In this document: positions 13,273 through 26,555 of the stretch, piece by piece
How positions within the stretch are numbered: position 1 is the stretch's first letter
Layout: every line of letters begins with the position of its first letter
Assembly (NCBI GenBank): GCA_034780895.1
Contig: JAUZTB010000033.1
Coordinates: 31,778,034-31,842,033 of the forward strand
Length of the DNA: 64,000 bases
DNA from: Rhynchobatus australiae
Taxonomy: Eukaryota
Direction: 5' to 3'
Program-made: the position numbers and the translations under genes
The notes under the pieces: generated by a model
Databases searched by the model: none
Seen by the model: the letters and a program-made list of their open reading frames with translations, nothing else
What the model was told of the DNA's origin: nothing

Positions 13273-13496
13273 CTGGAAAATGAATCAGAAAAAAATGAGA
13301 ATAGCTGAGCAAGTCAAGAGTTGTACTGGCCCCTTGGCCCAACAAGTTCACGTTGACCTTTTTGCCCATCCACATCAGTAGTTTTGGAATATGAAGATCT
13401 TTAGAACAATCATGAAACGCACACTAATGGCTGATTCAACACGTTACCAAACCCTTCACAATTTAGGACATATTCTAATAGTATTCATGAGGATCA

Positions 13497-13745
<249 letters not shown>

Positions 13746-14957
13746 CTAAATTTACAAAAAACATAACACATTGAACACTAAAGTGATGGAGGTAAAGCAA
13801 AGAAGCCTTATTGCTGTCAGTTTTATTATTGCACCTTTAATACTAATCCCCACACTGATCCTTCAGCCATGTTTATAAGTCAATTCTCTGATCTTATTTA
13901 CCTTTTGCCAATCTATTGTCTAAGCCACAGATATAGCTCTGGTGATACTATTTTGGTGACATGCTCTAATTGTGATATAAAATACCTTGCATTCACTCAC
14001 ATTCCATGCTGTAGATGACAGTTTTATGGTATGGATGAGCATTGCATCTATCTTTTTAATTTACTAATCATAACTGCAATTATTCACATCTGGATTTACA
14101 ATCAGTCACATTTGGCTTGTGTCTATATATCAGTCAATACTACAGCAAATTAAAATGTGAGAATAGGAGATCGGTCATAAATTCAGGCTAATATCAAGTA
14201 ACCTCAGGATGAAAATCAGTGTTTTTTCTTGAAATAGTGAATAATTGACATGTATTGTATGCTGGATATAGTGGTGAAGGAGAAAATCATTTAAAAATAC
14301 CTTAACACATCAATGGAGTGGGGGTGGGAGGGTTGAAAAGTACAATTCTTCGGGATGACTGTATTAAAAGATGTTTGACTGGCCATGTGACCTTGAAATG
14401 TGAGCTACGGAATGCAATCTACACCCATTAAAAAATTAAGTGATATGGAAATAGTATTTCCAGAGGAACAAATACCATTCAAAAATTATACTAGATTACC
14501 TAATGTAACGTAGCAAGGAGATGAGGATCAAAGCCATCTCCACAATCACCAGAGGTTTTATCACCATCTGAACAAAACTACTAGTGATCCGTTGCTAAAA
14601 AGGGTTCGTTCAGTATCCAAGAGCACAGCATCAGTCCAAGAATTTAACTTAATCCTTTACACCATATCCCATTTTAGACAAAAAATTTATAATAACCCTT
14701 TCTAAGCCAGAGGATATAATTCAGGAACAGCTTCCATTTGCCTGCATGAAATGCAAACTTTCTTCACATCACTCCAATAGAAAACCTTCGGTAAGTCCAA
14801 AAAAAACAGTAAGTATAATGAGTGGCATCATTAAGATAAATTTTACATTATCCATAGATAACAGGAATCGGTTGGTGGAAATCCTATTCAAAACAAGTAG
14901 TGTTCACAACTGAGGCATTTTTAATTCATTATTAATTCTGTTCTCGTTTTGTCCTAC

Positions 14958-15033
14958 CATGAGGAATCTTGATATCAATGTTAGACAGGGTCGGAGCTCC
15001 ATCAGAAGTCCAGGTAAAAAATCCATTTGTCAC
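14958..15033 (-). CDS. ABCC8: ABCC8 exon 15 (76 nt): [25 protein letters not shown](G), start of NBD1 with the A-loop Trp
   Basis: Acceptor ATACAG|GTG, donor G|GTAGGA. Confidence 0.95.
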
Positions 15034-17226
15034 CTGTATTCATGTAGAAAAATAGAAAAATCTGTAAGATACAATTATCATTAAATGACAAGATCAATAT
15101 GAGTGCTTCTGGAACAGCTGTGCTTACATGCCCTGATTACAGCAACACCATTTTCCATGTTGACATGCCCTATTGTATTTACACACTCTGCATTGATTCT
15201 CACTGCAAAGAACTTTGGAAAAGGAGGAGGCTCTTCAACACCAGTTCCATTGTTCAATTAAATCACTATTCATTTGGACCTTTTGTTGACCCACCTTGGT
15301 TTCAACAACTAATACCCAACCTAACAAAAGTCTATTAATTTCAATTTTCAAATTTCGGTTGATCCAACTTTAACAGCTTTTTGGCAAAAACAGAGAAGAA
15401 TCACATTTCCACAGACCTTTATGTGGAAAAAAAAGTTATTTGATTTCACTTGTTAAAAACTTGTTCCAATTTTAAGATTATTTCTCCCTTATTCTGGAGG
15501 CTACAGTTTCTCTCTGTCAATAAAATCCTTTGATCATTTTAAAGATTTCAATTAAATCCTGCCATAATGTTTCGTATTCAGAGGAATAAAACCTAGTCCT
15601 CATCCATACTGTTTCTTCTTGTAACTTTACTCTTTTAGGTGAATCCTGCATCCCCATCAAGGCTGTGAAGTTAATTCAATACTGCAAATGGATCTTATTA
15701 GAATATTGTTAGAGAAAGAAAATAGGTCAGGGAGTACAATGAGATGGTGGGAAGCAATGGGCCACATTATTCTTGTGTAGTTGGAGGAGGACTCATTTTT
15801 TTTCCTCACTTGATGCAAATAATTTTAATACTTGACCTTTTGGGGCCTTTCATCTTGGCCACTATATTTTAGTGAGCAGTGTGTCCACAGTGTATGATGT
15901 ACCGAGCTGGTCATTCAAATTATGTGCAGGTCCTGACTCAACAGAGGGCCCTGATTAGCATCCATGAGGTTCCCTCTTGATTCAGACAGTACTTGAATTG
16001 CTTTATGGATGACAAGAGTTAAAATGGCAGGAGATTCTGAATGACTGCTAGGTCATCATCGACATCTTGGAGTCATTATCGAGCAGAAGTTTAATGAGGC
16101 ATGCCATATGAAAACAGTGGTAACGAGCATGGCAGTGGTTGGTGCTTTGTAACAGTCTTGAAAATGTACTTACCTAGATGTGATGCTGGGAGGAGCAAGA
16201 ACTCAATCACTGTGATTAGCATGACAATGACATCCCAGCCTCTTCCCTCCTTGATCTCAGTTCTGCCCTCCCCTTACTTAACTGCACCCAGTCTCTGGTG
16301 TGCTTCATCTCCGAACTTTTGTTGCCTTACCCATGAAGTAAATCAGGCCCGAAACTGTACAGCACCTGAAGGGTTGCAATGTAACAAGGATCCGTAGGAA
16401 GCTCATACCAGTGTAATTCCAGAGACCTGTCAATGAGACTTCTTTGGGCTCATAGTCCAAGATCACATGGAAGAAGTCGATGGGACTGTGGATCATGGTG
16501 TATTGGGGGCTCGGAGAGAATTGGGACGGGGAGTGCAGTTAGAGAAGATAAAGGCATAGAGAGAGGTTAGTCAGGATTAGGCTCGATCAGAGAAGCAATG
16601 TAGGGGGATGCAGGTCTTAAAAGTTGTACAGGGAGGTTCTTAGAGATCAAGGATGTGGGTGGTCCAAAAAGCACTTGGGATTGGGGCTGGGAACCACACA
16701 AAAAGGGAATTGGGTGCCCTTGGAGTGTGATTGGTGGGAATGAGTACAAGGAAATAACTTAAAGGAATATCTATCTGGAAGCCAATGAGACCTCAGACTA
16801 CACAGTGACTAAAGATAAGATTAAAGATCATGCCTATGCTTGTATTTAGCTAATTCTGAAGAAAATCATACTTCTGAGTTTAATTTAAACACTGGCTCAG
16901 TTGTTCCAATGAGTTTGAGATATATTTCACGATTTCAGATCTCAATGAATTGTACCACTTGCAGCAAGGAATTGGTGAGCCAAATTACCTCCTATGTGCC
17001 TTAACAACACCATGATTCCGTGACTGAATGAAGGCTGCTAACATTTTCTCATCTGTCAATATCCTTGGATAATTGCAACAATAATAAATGTTTAAAATAT
17101 TAAAATACATTAAAAATATTAGAACATTGTTGAAAATAAACCTGCAGCATAACGCCAGCAAAGATTCAGAAAAGATATAAGTAAAATAACTATTCTAAAA
17201 GTAGATATAAGTGACAATTATTTCAC

Positions 17227-17337
17227 CTTTATAAATACATCATCTCCTTCTGTGTTGCTTATTTGCTGTCTGGATTGAGGTTCGTATTTTTGCCATCCCT
17301 CCTTGATGGGCCGTTTGCGGTTAATAACTTTAAGGGG
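17227..17337 (-). CDS. ABCC8: ABCC8 exon 14 (111 nt): PLKVINRKRPIKEGWQKYEPQSRQQISNTEGDDVFIK; carries the RKR ER-retention motif
   Basis: Acceptor GCACAG|CCC, donor AAG|GTGAAA; NRKRP motif conserved. Confidence 0.92.
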
Positions 17338-17606
17338 CTGTGCAGGAGTGAGTGGAAAACGGAAGTGTAAGTGTTCATTGCATTAGAGGTGCTAATTAAA
17401 TAAATACAAACTCTTACTGCTTGAAACCTATAAACACAATCTATATAGCTCATGCATTGCAGTATGGACGATGTTAAGACAAATGTGATGGAATTTCAGT
17501 TATTGTACCATTCGGCAGATTGTGAAGATGCAGAAATGATAAAAGAGAGGTGGACAGCACAGAGGAGCTTGCTGGCTGCATTGCTGAAATGTTAACTTAT
17601 ACTCAC

Positions 17607-17712
17607 TACGGTCTGGTATTTGCTATTATTTTCAGTGTTCAACTGCACCACAACTCTGCTCTGATCCTCCCCGATTTCTTCACTGGAGAAGAATTCACTG
17701 AGTTTCTGCACA
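17607..17712 (-). CDS. ABCC8: ABCC8 exon 13 (106 nt): (S)VQKLSEFFSSEEIGEDQSRVVVQLNTENNSKYQTV
   Basis: Acceptor TTTCAG|T, donor GTA|GTGAGT; VQKLSEF and SKYQ motifs. Confidence 0.94.
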
Positions 17713-19534
17713 CTGAAAGAAAATGAGAGCGATTTGTCACAAAAATGACCAGACATGGAGAGGATCAGAAGAACGTTTGAAGTACCCCTACTTATGCTTG
17801 CATTAATATTTGCAATCCAATATGAGAAATGATTCAGAAGGTTTTTTCTCTCCCCCCACAGGATGTTCATTTCTTTTCCTTCAGATGGAATAATAGATAT
17901 TTTAGTACAGGTCCACAGGTGCTGACTGTATTCTGTCACCTTCCCTAAGTATGCTATTTTATTGCAATCAATCCATACTGACGTTTATCAGCCAGTTGAG
18001 GTGGCCTAGCTAGTTCCAGACAGGACATATTTCTCTATGGTCACCTTTCAATGGAAATCAACACATTAGCTTGACTCAGGGAAATGCTCAATATATTTCG
18101 CCTTGTTATTCACCATTGTTAACAACAGTCAGTTGTCTTTTTTTAAACATGAAAATGATAGAAATTATTTTTCAAACTTATGTGGATTATTTCTGAATAG
18201 TTTAAAGTAAAAATCAGGATTGGTTTGAAACCCGCAGATCCCTCACCCCTCTTCCATCCACTACCACCCCTACCAGAACCCCACCATGCTTTGCAAGGAT
18301 AAAGCTTAGAGCAAGCTGACTTTCCAACTTGAGTTTGCTCTGTTCCCACAAAGCTCAGTTATGCCTTGACTAATCTTCAAGTTGACCAGGATGTCTGCTA
18401 TAGACATCCTAAGATTATTTTAAAGTTAAAGTCACTACTCAATGATATCAGTGTTGGTGCCATTTGATTTTAATGCCACATGCACTATTCAGGATTTTTC
18501 AGTTAAACACTGGAAATGCTGACCAGCCAGATTGGATTAAAGGTAGTTTAATAAAGAACTATTTGATGAAACTCCATGGGCCATAAGTTGTGGCTGTGCC
18601 ATCCCCAGGCACTTCACTTAGTCCTACTGCCCCCAATACCAGCCTTACCTCTTACTCTCAGTACCAGTTTAAACTACCAAAATTTTTGCCCAGTGCTGGA
18701 ATTATGCAGTTTTAAGTCCCTAGCATCCTAAGCTCCTGTTTTCAAACATAAGGAAGATATTAAGGAAGAAGATATGTGGATGATAAGGTAACTGATTACA
18801 CTGTAAAACTGATTAAAAATTTCCTGGTTCAATATTGACTATAGACAACAAAAAAGCAAGTTGCTTGTTTGNNNNNNNNNNNNNNNNNNNNNNNNNNNNN
18901 NNNNNNNNNNNNNNNNNNNNNNNNNNNNNNNNNNNNNNNNNNNNNNNNNNNNNNNNNNNNNNNNNNNNNNNNNNNNNNNNNNNNNNNNNNNNNNNNNNNN
19001 NNNNNNNNNNNNNNNNNNNNNNNNNNNNNNNNNNNNNNNNNNNNNNNNNNNNNNNNNNNNNNNNNNNNNNNNNNNNNNNNNNNNNNNNNNNNNNNNNNNN
19101 NNNNNNNNNNNNNNNNNNNNNNNNNNNNNNNNNNNNNNNNNNNNNNNNNNNNNNNNNNNNNNNNNNNNNNNNNNNNNNNNNNNNNNNNNNNNNNNNNNNN
19201 NNNNNNNNNNNNNNNNNNNNNNNNNNNNNNNNNNNNNNNNNNNNNNNNNNNNNNNNNNNNNNNNNNNNNNNNNNNNNNNNNNNNNNNNNNNNNNNNNNNN
19301 NNNNNNNNNNNNNNNNNNNNNNNNNTTGGACTCAAAACCTCCAGACTGCTTTTGACACCTCAAAGGTTTTCCTCCTTTAGAATCCTAGCTGTGACCTAGT
19401 GGAACAAACAAATGTATTTGACTATGAGGTGTTGGTTCTCTTACAAATTTAAAATCATTGGGACAAACTAAATAGCTGTTCCCTCGGCTCCTTATCATCT
19501 TTGATAGGATAAGAACCCAAAGATGCTCAATACA

Positions 19535-19835
19535 CAAAGTTCTTTTAGGGATTGACAGGGTAGATGCTCAGTTAATGTTTCCTCTGGCTGGGGTGTCTGG
19601 AACCAGAGATTACAGTCTCAAATTAAGAGATCAGTCATTCAGTACTGAGATGAGAGATTTCTTCACTCAGAGGGTAGAAAATCTTTGGAATTTTCTATCC
19701 AAAAGCTATTTTGTTTATTGGATGTTAAGAGAATCAAGGGACATGAAATTAAAATGTGATGCTGAGGTAAAAGATCAACCATGATCATATCAAATGGTGG
19801 AGCAGATACATGAGGCTGAATAGCCTTCTCCTTTG
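19535..19835 (+). mobile_element. Old CR1 3' fragment
   Basis: ORF remnant MFPL...FFTQRVENLWN.L followed by 3' UTR GGCTGAATAGCCT. Confidence 0.75.
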
Positions 19836-20334
19836 ATTACTTTCAACATGAACAGCTGCTCCTTTCATGTTTTGTATCAACATGATGCTCCCGTTTGGAA
19901 ATCTTTTAGTTCAACTCAGCAAAGATGGGAAACTTGTTGTTTTTCTCTTGTCCAAGAAGGTTCCATTGAAATTTTTAAAAAACTTCTGTGGTCTAATAGA
20001 ATTAATGTATCATATATTTTAGCTGGTTCAGTTGACTCTGTTTCCAGGTTTAAATTGAAACAATTTTAGTCTTTAACTTTTCCCAGGTTTGGTGAGTCTA
20101 AAGTGCAAATTTACCATAAACTGGGGATCAGTGATGGTTTGCAAAGACTCTTAACATGTTTCCCACCAAAAGTGTTGCAATCTTTTACTAGATTTTTTTC
20201 TTCCAACAAATATTCTTTATTTATAGCCCTTTCATCTTCCAGGAATTGTTATAAGCCATAAATCACATGACATTTTTGAAAACAGCTCATAGTTCAATTG
20301 AATGGAGCTTCAACTGCTATTGATTTATTAAATG

Positions 20335-20770
20335 ATGTATTACATTTAAAAGGTACTTGGACAGGTACATGGATAGGAAAGGTTTAAAGGAATATGGGCC
20401 AAAAGCGGCCAAATGGGATTAGTTTAGGGGGAAATCTTGGTTGGCATGGACCAGTTGGGCCAAAGGGCCTGTTATCTGTGCTGTATGACTCTATAACTCT
20501 ATGATCACAGCAATTTGTGATGTTAAGCTCTTTTTGTACTGGATTGAAGGTTTGAATTGTACTGTTGTAAATGAAAGCTTTATCACGGATGCAGATATTG
20601 AGGTGAGAGGGGGGAAAGTTCAAAGGAGATGTGCAAGGCAAGTTTTTTGACACAGAGGGTGGTGAGTGCCTGGAATGTGCTGCCAGGGTTGGTGGTGGAG
20701 GCAGATATGATAGAGGCATTTAAGAGGCTCTTAGGTAGGCTCGTGAATGTGCAGAGAATGGAGGGATATG
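20335..20770 (+). mobile_element. Two CR1 3' fragments (20335-20505 with (CTATGACT) tail; 20585-20770 FLTQRVVSAWN.LPG)
   Basis: CR1 ORF2 C-terminus and tail TGTGCTGTATGACTCTATAACTCTATGA. Confidence 0.8.
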
Positions 20771-21063
20771 GCCACAGTAGTGTAGCGGTTAGCGTAACAC
20801 TATTACAGCGCCAGCGACCCGGGTTTGATTCTGGCCGCTGTCTGTAAGGAGTTTGTACATTCTCCCCGTGCCTGCATGGGTTTCCTCCAGGTGCTCCAGT
20901 TTCCTCCCACACTCCAAAGATGTATGGGTTAGGAAGTTGTGGGCATGCTATGTTGGTGCCGGAAGTGTGGTGACACTTGTGGGCTGCCCCCAGAACACTC
21001 TACGCAAAAGATGCATTTCACTATGCGCTTTGATGTACATGTGACTAATAAAGATATCTTATT
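20771..21063 (+). mobile_element. Full-length tRNA-derived V-SINE with Rex1-like tail
   Basis: A/B-box-like head GTAGCGGTTAGCG...GGGTTTGATTC, V-domain, tail TACATGTGACTAATAAAGATATCTTATT; three copies in the window. Confidence 0.88.
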
Positions 21064-21507
21064 CTGCTACAGATGCTACATAAATGTATGCATTTGTGTA
21101 CAAGTGAACTATGTTTCACAAATCTATGCTGAAAAGACCTTTCAATTATAAATGTTATATTAGACACAGCAGTACACTGGAGCATGAGTGTATAGTGGCA
21201 TACAATGGGGTCTGTCCACGTTACTGTGTTCTGTACAACAATGAAGATCAGGTTCCTCTCCAGATAGACAAATGTAACTTAGAGTTAAAATATCCTTATC
21301 CATTTTCATCAGCTCCTAATGAAATAAGTGGAAATCTGGGAGATCATCAACCTTTGTCACATAGACCAAAGAATTAAAGAAATGGGGAAACAAATAAGAA
21401 AAAGAGATTTAAAATTAATTAGCAAGTAAGTTGCATATTAATATTTTGATCAGTACCATTCATGCATTCTTAGGATATCATTTACAAAGGAAGCATTAGC
21501 TACTCAC

Positions 21508-21548
21508 TGTGAGCACTGCTGCAATGGGTATTGCTGCATTCATGAAAA
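21508..21548 (-). CDS. ABCC8: ABCC8 exon 11 (41 nt): (x)FMNAAIPIAAVLT
   Basis: Acceptor TTGCAG|TT, donor ACA|GTGAGT; matches FMNTAIPIAAVLI and the 41-nt length. Confidence 0.94.
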
Positions 21549-21979
21549 CTGCAAGTAAGGAGAGAACCTTGTGAAGCAGAGAAATGAAAGCAGTTTTGTA
21601 CTAATAGCTGGAAGAGACAACAAAAATATGCTTCATCCTAGAAATATGTATTAAGTGTTACCAGTATGCAGGGTTCAATCTTCTAAACTATCACAGGTCA
21701 GTTGTAGTGCACCTTGATCCATATCCTTCAGAACCAAACATGTCTTCTTCCCTCCTAGACAATGATACTCTTGTATATTTATCCCATGTGATGAACTGAA
21801 TCTAAAAAAGAAGCCTGCCTGCAGCAAAGTCACATTGAGGCTAAAGTCAGGAAAGGATGCAACTAAGCTTGACAACCAATGACTCATTTACCAGATGCCA
21901 AAAGCCCCCAGGATGTTGTTTCTGGTAAGCAGGGGTTGTTGGTTTTTAATGAGGGAAGAGTGAACATTCCCATTTTCTG

Positions 21980-22240
21980 TTGGTGCATAGAAATTTCTTA
22001 TTTCAGAGAGTAATGAATCTCTGGAATTGTCTGTCCCTGACGGTGGTGGAGGCCATATCAGTAGATATATCTGAAGTGGAGATAGATAAACATTAGAAAG
22101 GTTGAGAAATTGGGGATTATGGGGAACTGGCACAGAACAGGAGTTGAGACCAGCATGGATCAGCCATGATGAGATTGAATGGCAGGGCATGTTTGAGAGC
22201 CCTGGTGGCCTACTCCTGCTCCTATTTTCTTGTGTTCTTA
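21980..22240 (+). mobile_element. Old CR1 3' fragment
   Basis: GAATCTCTGGAATTGTCTG ... GATCAGCCATGAT ... GGCCTACTCCTGCTCCTATTTTCTTGTGTTCTTATG. Confidence 0.75.
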
Positions 22241-23189
22241 TGCTACAAAGTGGGTGCATAGTTATAAAAAAATATTACTAAAATCTCTTTAAACAATAAG
22301 AGTTTATTATAAATGTTATGAGAAATATATAATTCTCAACAAAATATTAAACAGATTAGTATTTTGTTTTTTTTCAATTAAATCCCATAGCTTCAGTAAA
22401 CAATGTTGCTAATATCTCCGTTTAAATTATTAAGGCACAGCGTAGGTCATCTGGCTTGCAGCTAAGGTACTAGTTTTAACAATTAAAGTGCTTTAGGCCT
22501 TTGTCAAAATCCTTCTCCATTGCAAGCAACACCTATTTAGAGAACTTTTTCTTGGCTTACAGTTCAAGAAAAGTGTCTTCTAGTGTCTTCTAATATCTTA
22601 AACCCAAATTCTCCCATCAAGTGTCATTAGAAAGACTTTCTTAAATGAAATCCATGTACATTTATAATTTGTTGTATTCTCACAGCAATCCAACAATCAG
22701 AAAAACTCTATAAAATAGGAACATAGAAACTAGAAGATCAGTTAGAAGATATACAGCCAGCACCACCATTCAAAAAAAAATCATGGTTCATTCTTGTCAA
22801 TGAGACTTGTGTTTCCTGGAAATATTTGATTAACCCTTGCATTTCCAAATACTCACCCATATTTTCTCAAATTACCTCATATTTTTCACATAACTGACAT
22901 TAGATGGACTGAATAATAGTTAGTGAGTTAATCATTTTGTTCTATTTGAACAAAAGACTATTTTCCAATTCTAATGCAGTTTATATCTTTAAGAAAAGCT
23001 GCTCAAACCTTTTGCAGTCACACTATTGAGAGTGTACTACAGACCAAACAGTTCAAGGCAGATAAAAGAGCAAATCTGAAGGCAAATTCCTGACAAGTGC
23101 AAATGCACTTAGCATTAGGATATTTGAAAATATCCCATTAGCAGAAGTGGGCAATTTCAATTACTTAATATTAACTGAGATATGGTTTG

Positions 23190-24350
23190 TATAAAAGGTC
23201 TGGAGGGCACAGAAGTCCTATGTTGCACTCCAGACTTTTTTTTGGCAGTATGCAGCAAGCCCAACAAGAAGGGTGCAGTGCTGCAGCTTAAGGGAATGAG
23301 CCAGGTGGATAGAGTAGCAATGGGAGAATGTTTTGTGGAAGTGATAATTCCATTAGCTTAATCAAATTTATGCAAAATTACTAAGATAAAATAGGACTGC
23401 AGGTTTTTCTGTTTCTCAGTCTTACCTGGATAAAGTTTTGGTCTCAGGTGGCTCGAGAACCTCTAACATGGTACTGTTGCTTAAAAAGGAAGTGATAAAC
23501 CAAGTAATTACAGTTTAATTATGATGGTAGGTAAAATATTGTAATTCATTCAATAGGACAGGATAATTCTTAAGGAGAGTCACCACAGATTTCTTAGGGG
23601 AAGGTTATGTGTGAGTGACTTGATTGAACTTTTTGAAGAGCTAACAGACTGTTGATGAGCAAGTGCTTTTGATGTAGTCTACGTGGATTTCAGTGAGGCT
23701 TTTGATGAGGACCTGAATGGTAGGCTAGTTAATAAATAAATAATAAGCCCATGGGATGCAAGGGAGAGTGGCTGATTGCATCAGCATTGGCTGAGTGTGT
23801 GGAAGCAAAAAGTAATGGCTGATGGGTATTTTTGTGAAGGAATGACCATTACCAGTGGTGTTCCATGGTGCTCAGCACTCAATGCCTTGTTCTTTTGTAA
23901 TAGATGTTAATGATTTATACCCACATGCAGAAGGTATGATAAATAAGTTTGCAGATGATACATAACTTGGCTATGTGGTTGATAATGAGGAAGGCAGGAA
24001 AATATAGGTGGTGTGATTAACTGGATAAAGGAATGGTAAATGAAATTTAATCCAGAGAAGTGTGAGGTAATGTAATGAGGGTGGGGTGCAACAAAGCAAG
24101 GGGACATAAAATATATCGGAGGAGATTGGTTGGAGGAACAGAAGGATTTTGGTGTGTATATTCACAGATCCATGAAGGTAGCAGGATAGGTCAATAACAT
24201 GGTTATAAAGGGATATGAGATGCTCTTTCTTTATTGAGGCATAGAGTAGGAAGATTGTGAGAGAACTGTTTAAAACATAGGTTAGACAAAGCTTTAATCC
24301 TGTGTATATTTCCAGTCATCCCATTACCTGTAGGATGTGATTGTTTCCCA
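23190..24350 (+). mobile_element. Heavily decayed CR1 ORF2 (RT) fragment
   Basis: Remnants GATGTAGTCTACGTGGATTTCAGTGAGGCTTTTGAT (D.VY.DFS.AFD), ACCAGTGGTGTTCCA (TSGVP) and AAGTTTGCAGATGATAC (KFADD). Confidence 0.8.
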
Positions 24351-26049
24351 GCATAAAAGATGAGTCCGGTTAGAGGAGTGCATTAAAAAATGTGGTGCAA
24401 AAAATCTGGTAAATAAATCTGGACTTACATGTCTGAGTACATATACAGACGAGTTTCAGACTTGCCGATGGTTAACTAGGTAAATGCCAATGATTCTGTT
24501 CAGAACTAATGATGTTCGCCAACAACGTCTCTCCAATCATTTTAGTGTGATGTATTGTTTTATGAACATAAACATCTGAACCAAGATTTTAAGGGGCTTG
24601 GGGTAAGTGGAGAAAAGTGGCCCTGAGGTAAAAGATCAGCCATGATCCAACTGAATGGTGGAGGAGGCATGAGAGACCAAAGGCCTACTGCTGCTTCTAA
24701 TTGTTAACCACATCTCTCCTTCTAAAATGTACACAGAAAATGTGATGTGACAGGGAAAATGTAGACTAGAAACAGGCCTGCAGAAAATCTATAGATCTTC
24801 TGCACTATAGATATCTTACACATTCTATAGACAAATACGCACTCTGCTACGTATTTAGAAGGGACTTGTATGGCAATTCTCACTGGACCTTAAAAAGAAT
24901 GGCCTTGTAAGGGTTGTTCTCTCTGCCAACCCATCACAGCATGTGTAAAACAGTGAGTAGCGGTTATGCTACACTTGGCTATATTTAGAAATGATGTCAG
25001 AGATGGGTACCTTCTTCCATTCATCAAAATTCATCTATAGACTATATATTTTTTGCATTCAGGATTTTCACCCTCGGATGTACTTCCATATTATTCAGAA
25101 ACTTATGCACATTTTCTTCAGCACCTTCATTTGAATCTTTAAGGATAAAGAGCAGTGACCAATTGATCCACTGGTCACTTGACCCCTTGCAGAACCATCA
25201 TCATTTATAACCAATTTCTTTCCCAAATTCCTTGGGCTGTCCAAAATCTGCCTTCAAATTCTAGGCCTCGTTTAAATATTAAATAATATCGGAGAATCAC
25301 AGAGTTATACAGCACAGAAATGGGCTACTCAGCACAACTTGTCCATGCCAACCATAAAGCCTATCTACACGAATTGTATTTGCCTGCATGATGGTTCCAA
25401 GGAATAACAGACACCAGAGCACATACCTGAGTTCATGCTCCTTGAAACCTAACCTGAGTTCATGCAAATGGATGTATGATAGCTTTAGCCCTGGTTCATC
25501 CCAAAGAGTCACAAAACTTTCCATTATGAAATGAATGAAGATTTTTTCATTGTACAAATTCAAAATGGAAGCATCAAAGAGGATCATTCCAAGTAAATGA
25601 ACCTGCAAGTTAACCTAAAAGAGAAACTTCTTCAATGCTTAATAAACTACTTANNNNNNNNNNNNNNNNNNNNNNNNNNNNNNNNNNNNNNNNNNNNNNN
25701 NNNNNNTTAAAAGCTAATTAATTAATTCACAATTCAACACCAAATTGATAAGTGTGAGTCAATAAAAACATAAGAAATAAAAGCCCCTAATGTTTTGCCT
25801 CAGCACCACTTTCCTGCACTAACCCCATATCCCACAATTCTCTGAATATAAAAAAAAATTCCATCAATCTTTTTCTTGAACGATCCATGAACACTATGAA
25901 CAGCCCACTTGGGTAGAATGTAATCTGTTTAATCTCTCCTCACAGGACAAACCCTACTCTTAGATATGAATCTAATGAAACTTCATTGCATTGAATCAGT
26001 CAAAAAGTCGGATTTAGCATAAAAGAGAAAATCCAGCTATCACCCCCTC

Positions 26050-26555
26050 ACACCCAGGAATGTGATGGAATACTCTCTACTTGCTGGATGAGTGCAGCTT
26101 CAACAACACTCAAGAAGCTTGACACCATACAGGACATAACAGCCCACTTGATAGGCACCCCATGCACAACTCTCTCCATCCCTGACACACAGTAGCAACA
26201 GTTTGTACCATCTACAGGATGCATACAGCAACTCAGCAAGTCTCTTTAGACAGTACCTTTCAAACCCACAACCTCTACCAGCTAGTAGGACAAGGGCAGC
26301 AAAAGCATGGGAATGCCGTCACCTGGAAGTTGCCGTCCAAGCCACACACCATTCTGACCTGGAAATATACTGTATCACCATTCCTTTACATCGCTGGGTC
26401 AAAATCCTGGAGCTCTCTCCCTAACAGCATTGTGGGTATATCTCTACCTTAAGAGCTGCAGCGTTCAAGAAGACAGCTCACCAGAAGGGCAGTTAGGGAT
26501 GGGCAATTAAATCCTGCCTCAAGCTGCGAAGCCCACATCCCTTGAATGAATAAAA
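26050..26555 (+). mobile_element. 3' end of a second CR1-group LINE family (MEYS.LAW..AA.TTLKKLDTIQD type)
   Basis: Decayed ORF2 C-terminus plus tail GGGCAGTTAGGGATGGGCAATTAAAT...CCCACATCCCTTGAATGAATAAAA; related pieces at 28410-28705 and 32640-35250. Confidence 0.75.

Noticed and set aside
16100-16760. GC-richer, purine-skewed block that might be a regulatory element or a DNA-transposon relic
   Set aside because: I could not identify termini, a coding remnant or a second copy, so there is not enough evidence to call it.
20771-20845. tRNA-like sequences at SINE heads (also 180-250 and 41696-41760)
   Set aside because: They continue into a V-domain and a LINE tail, so they are SINE heads, not tRNA genes.
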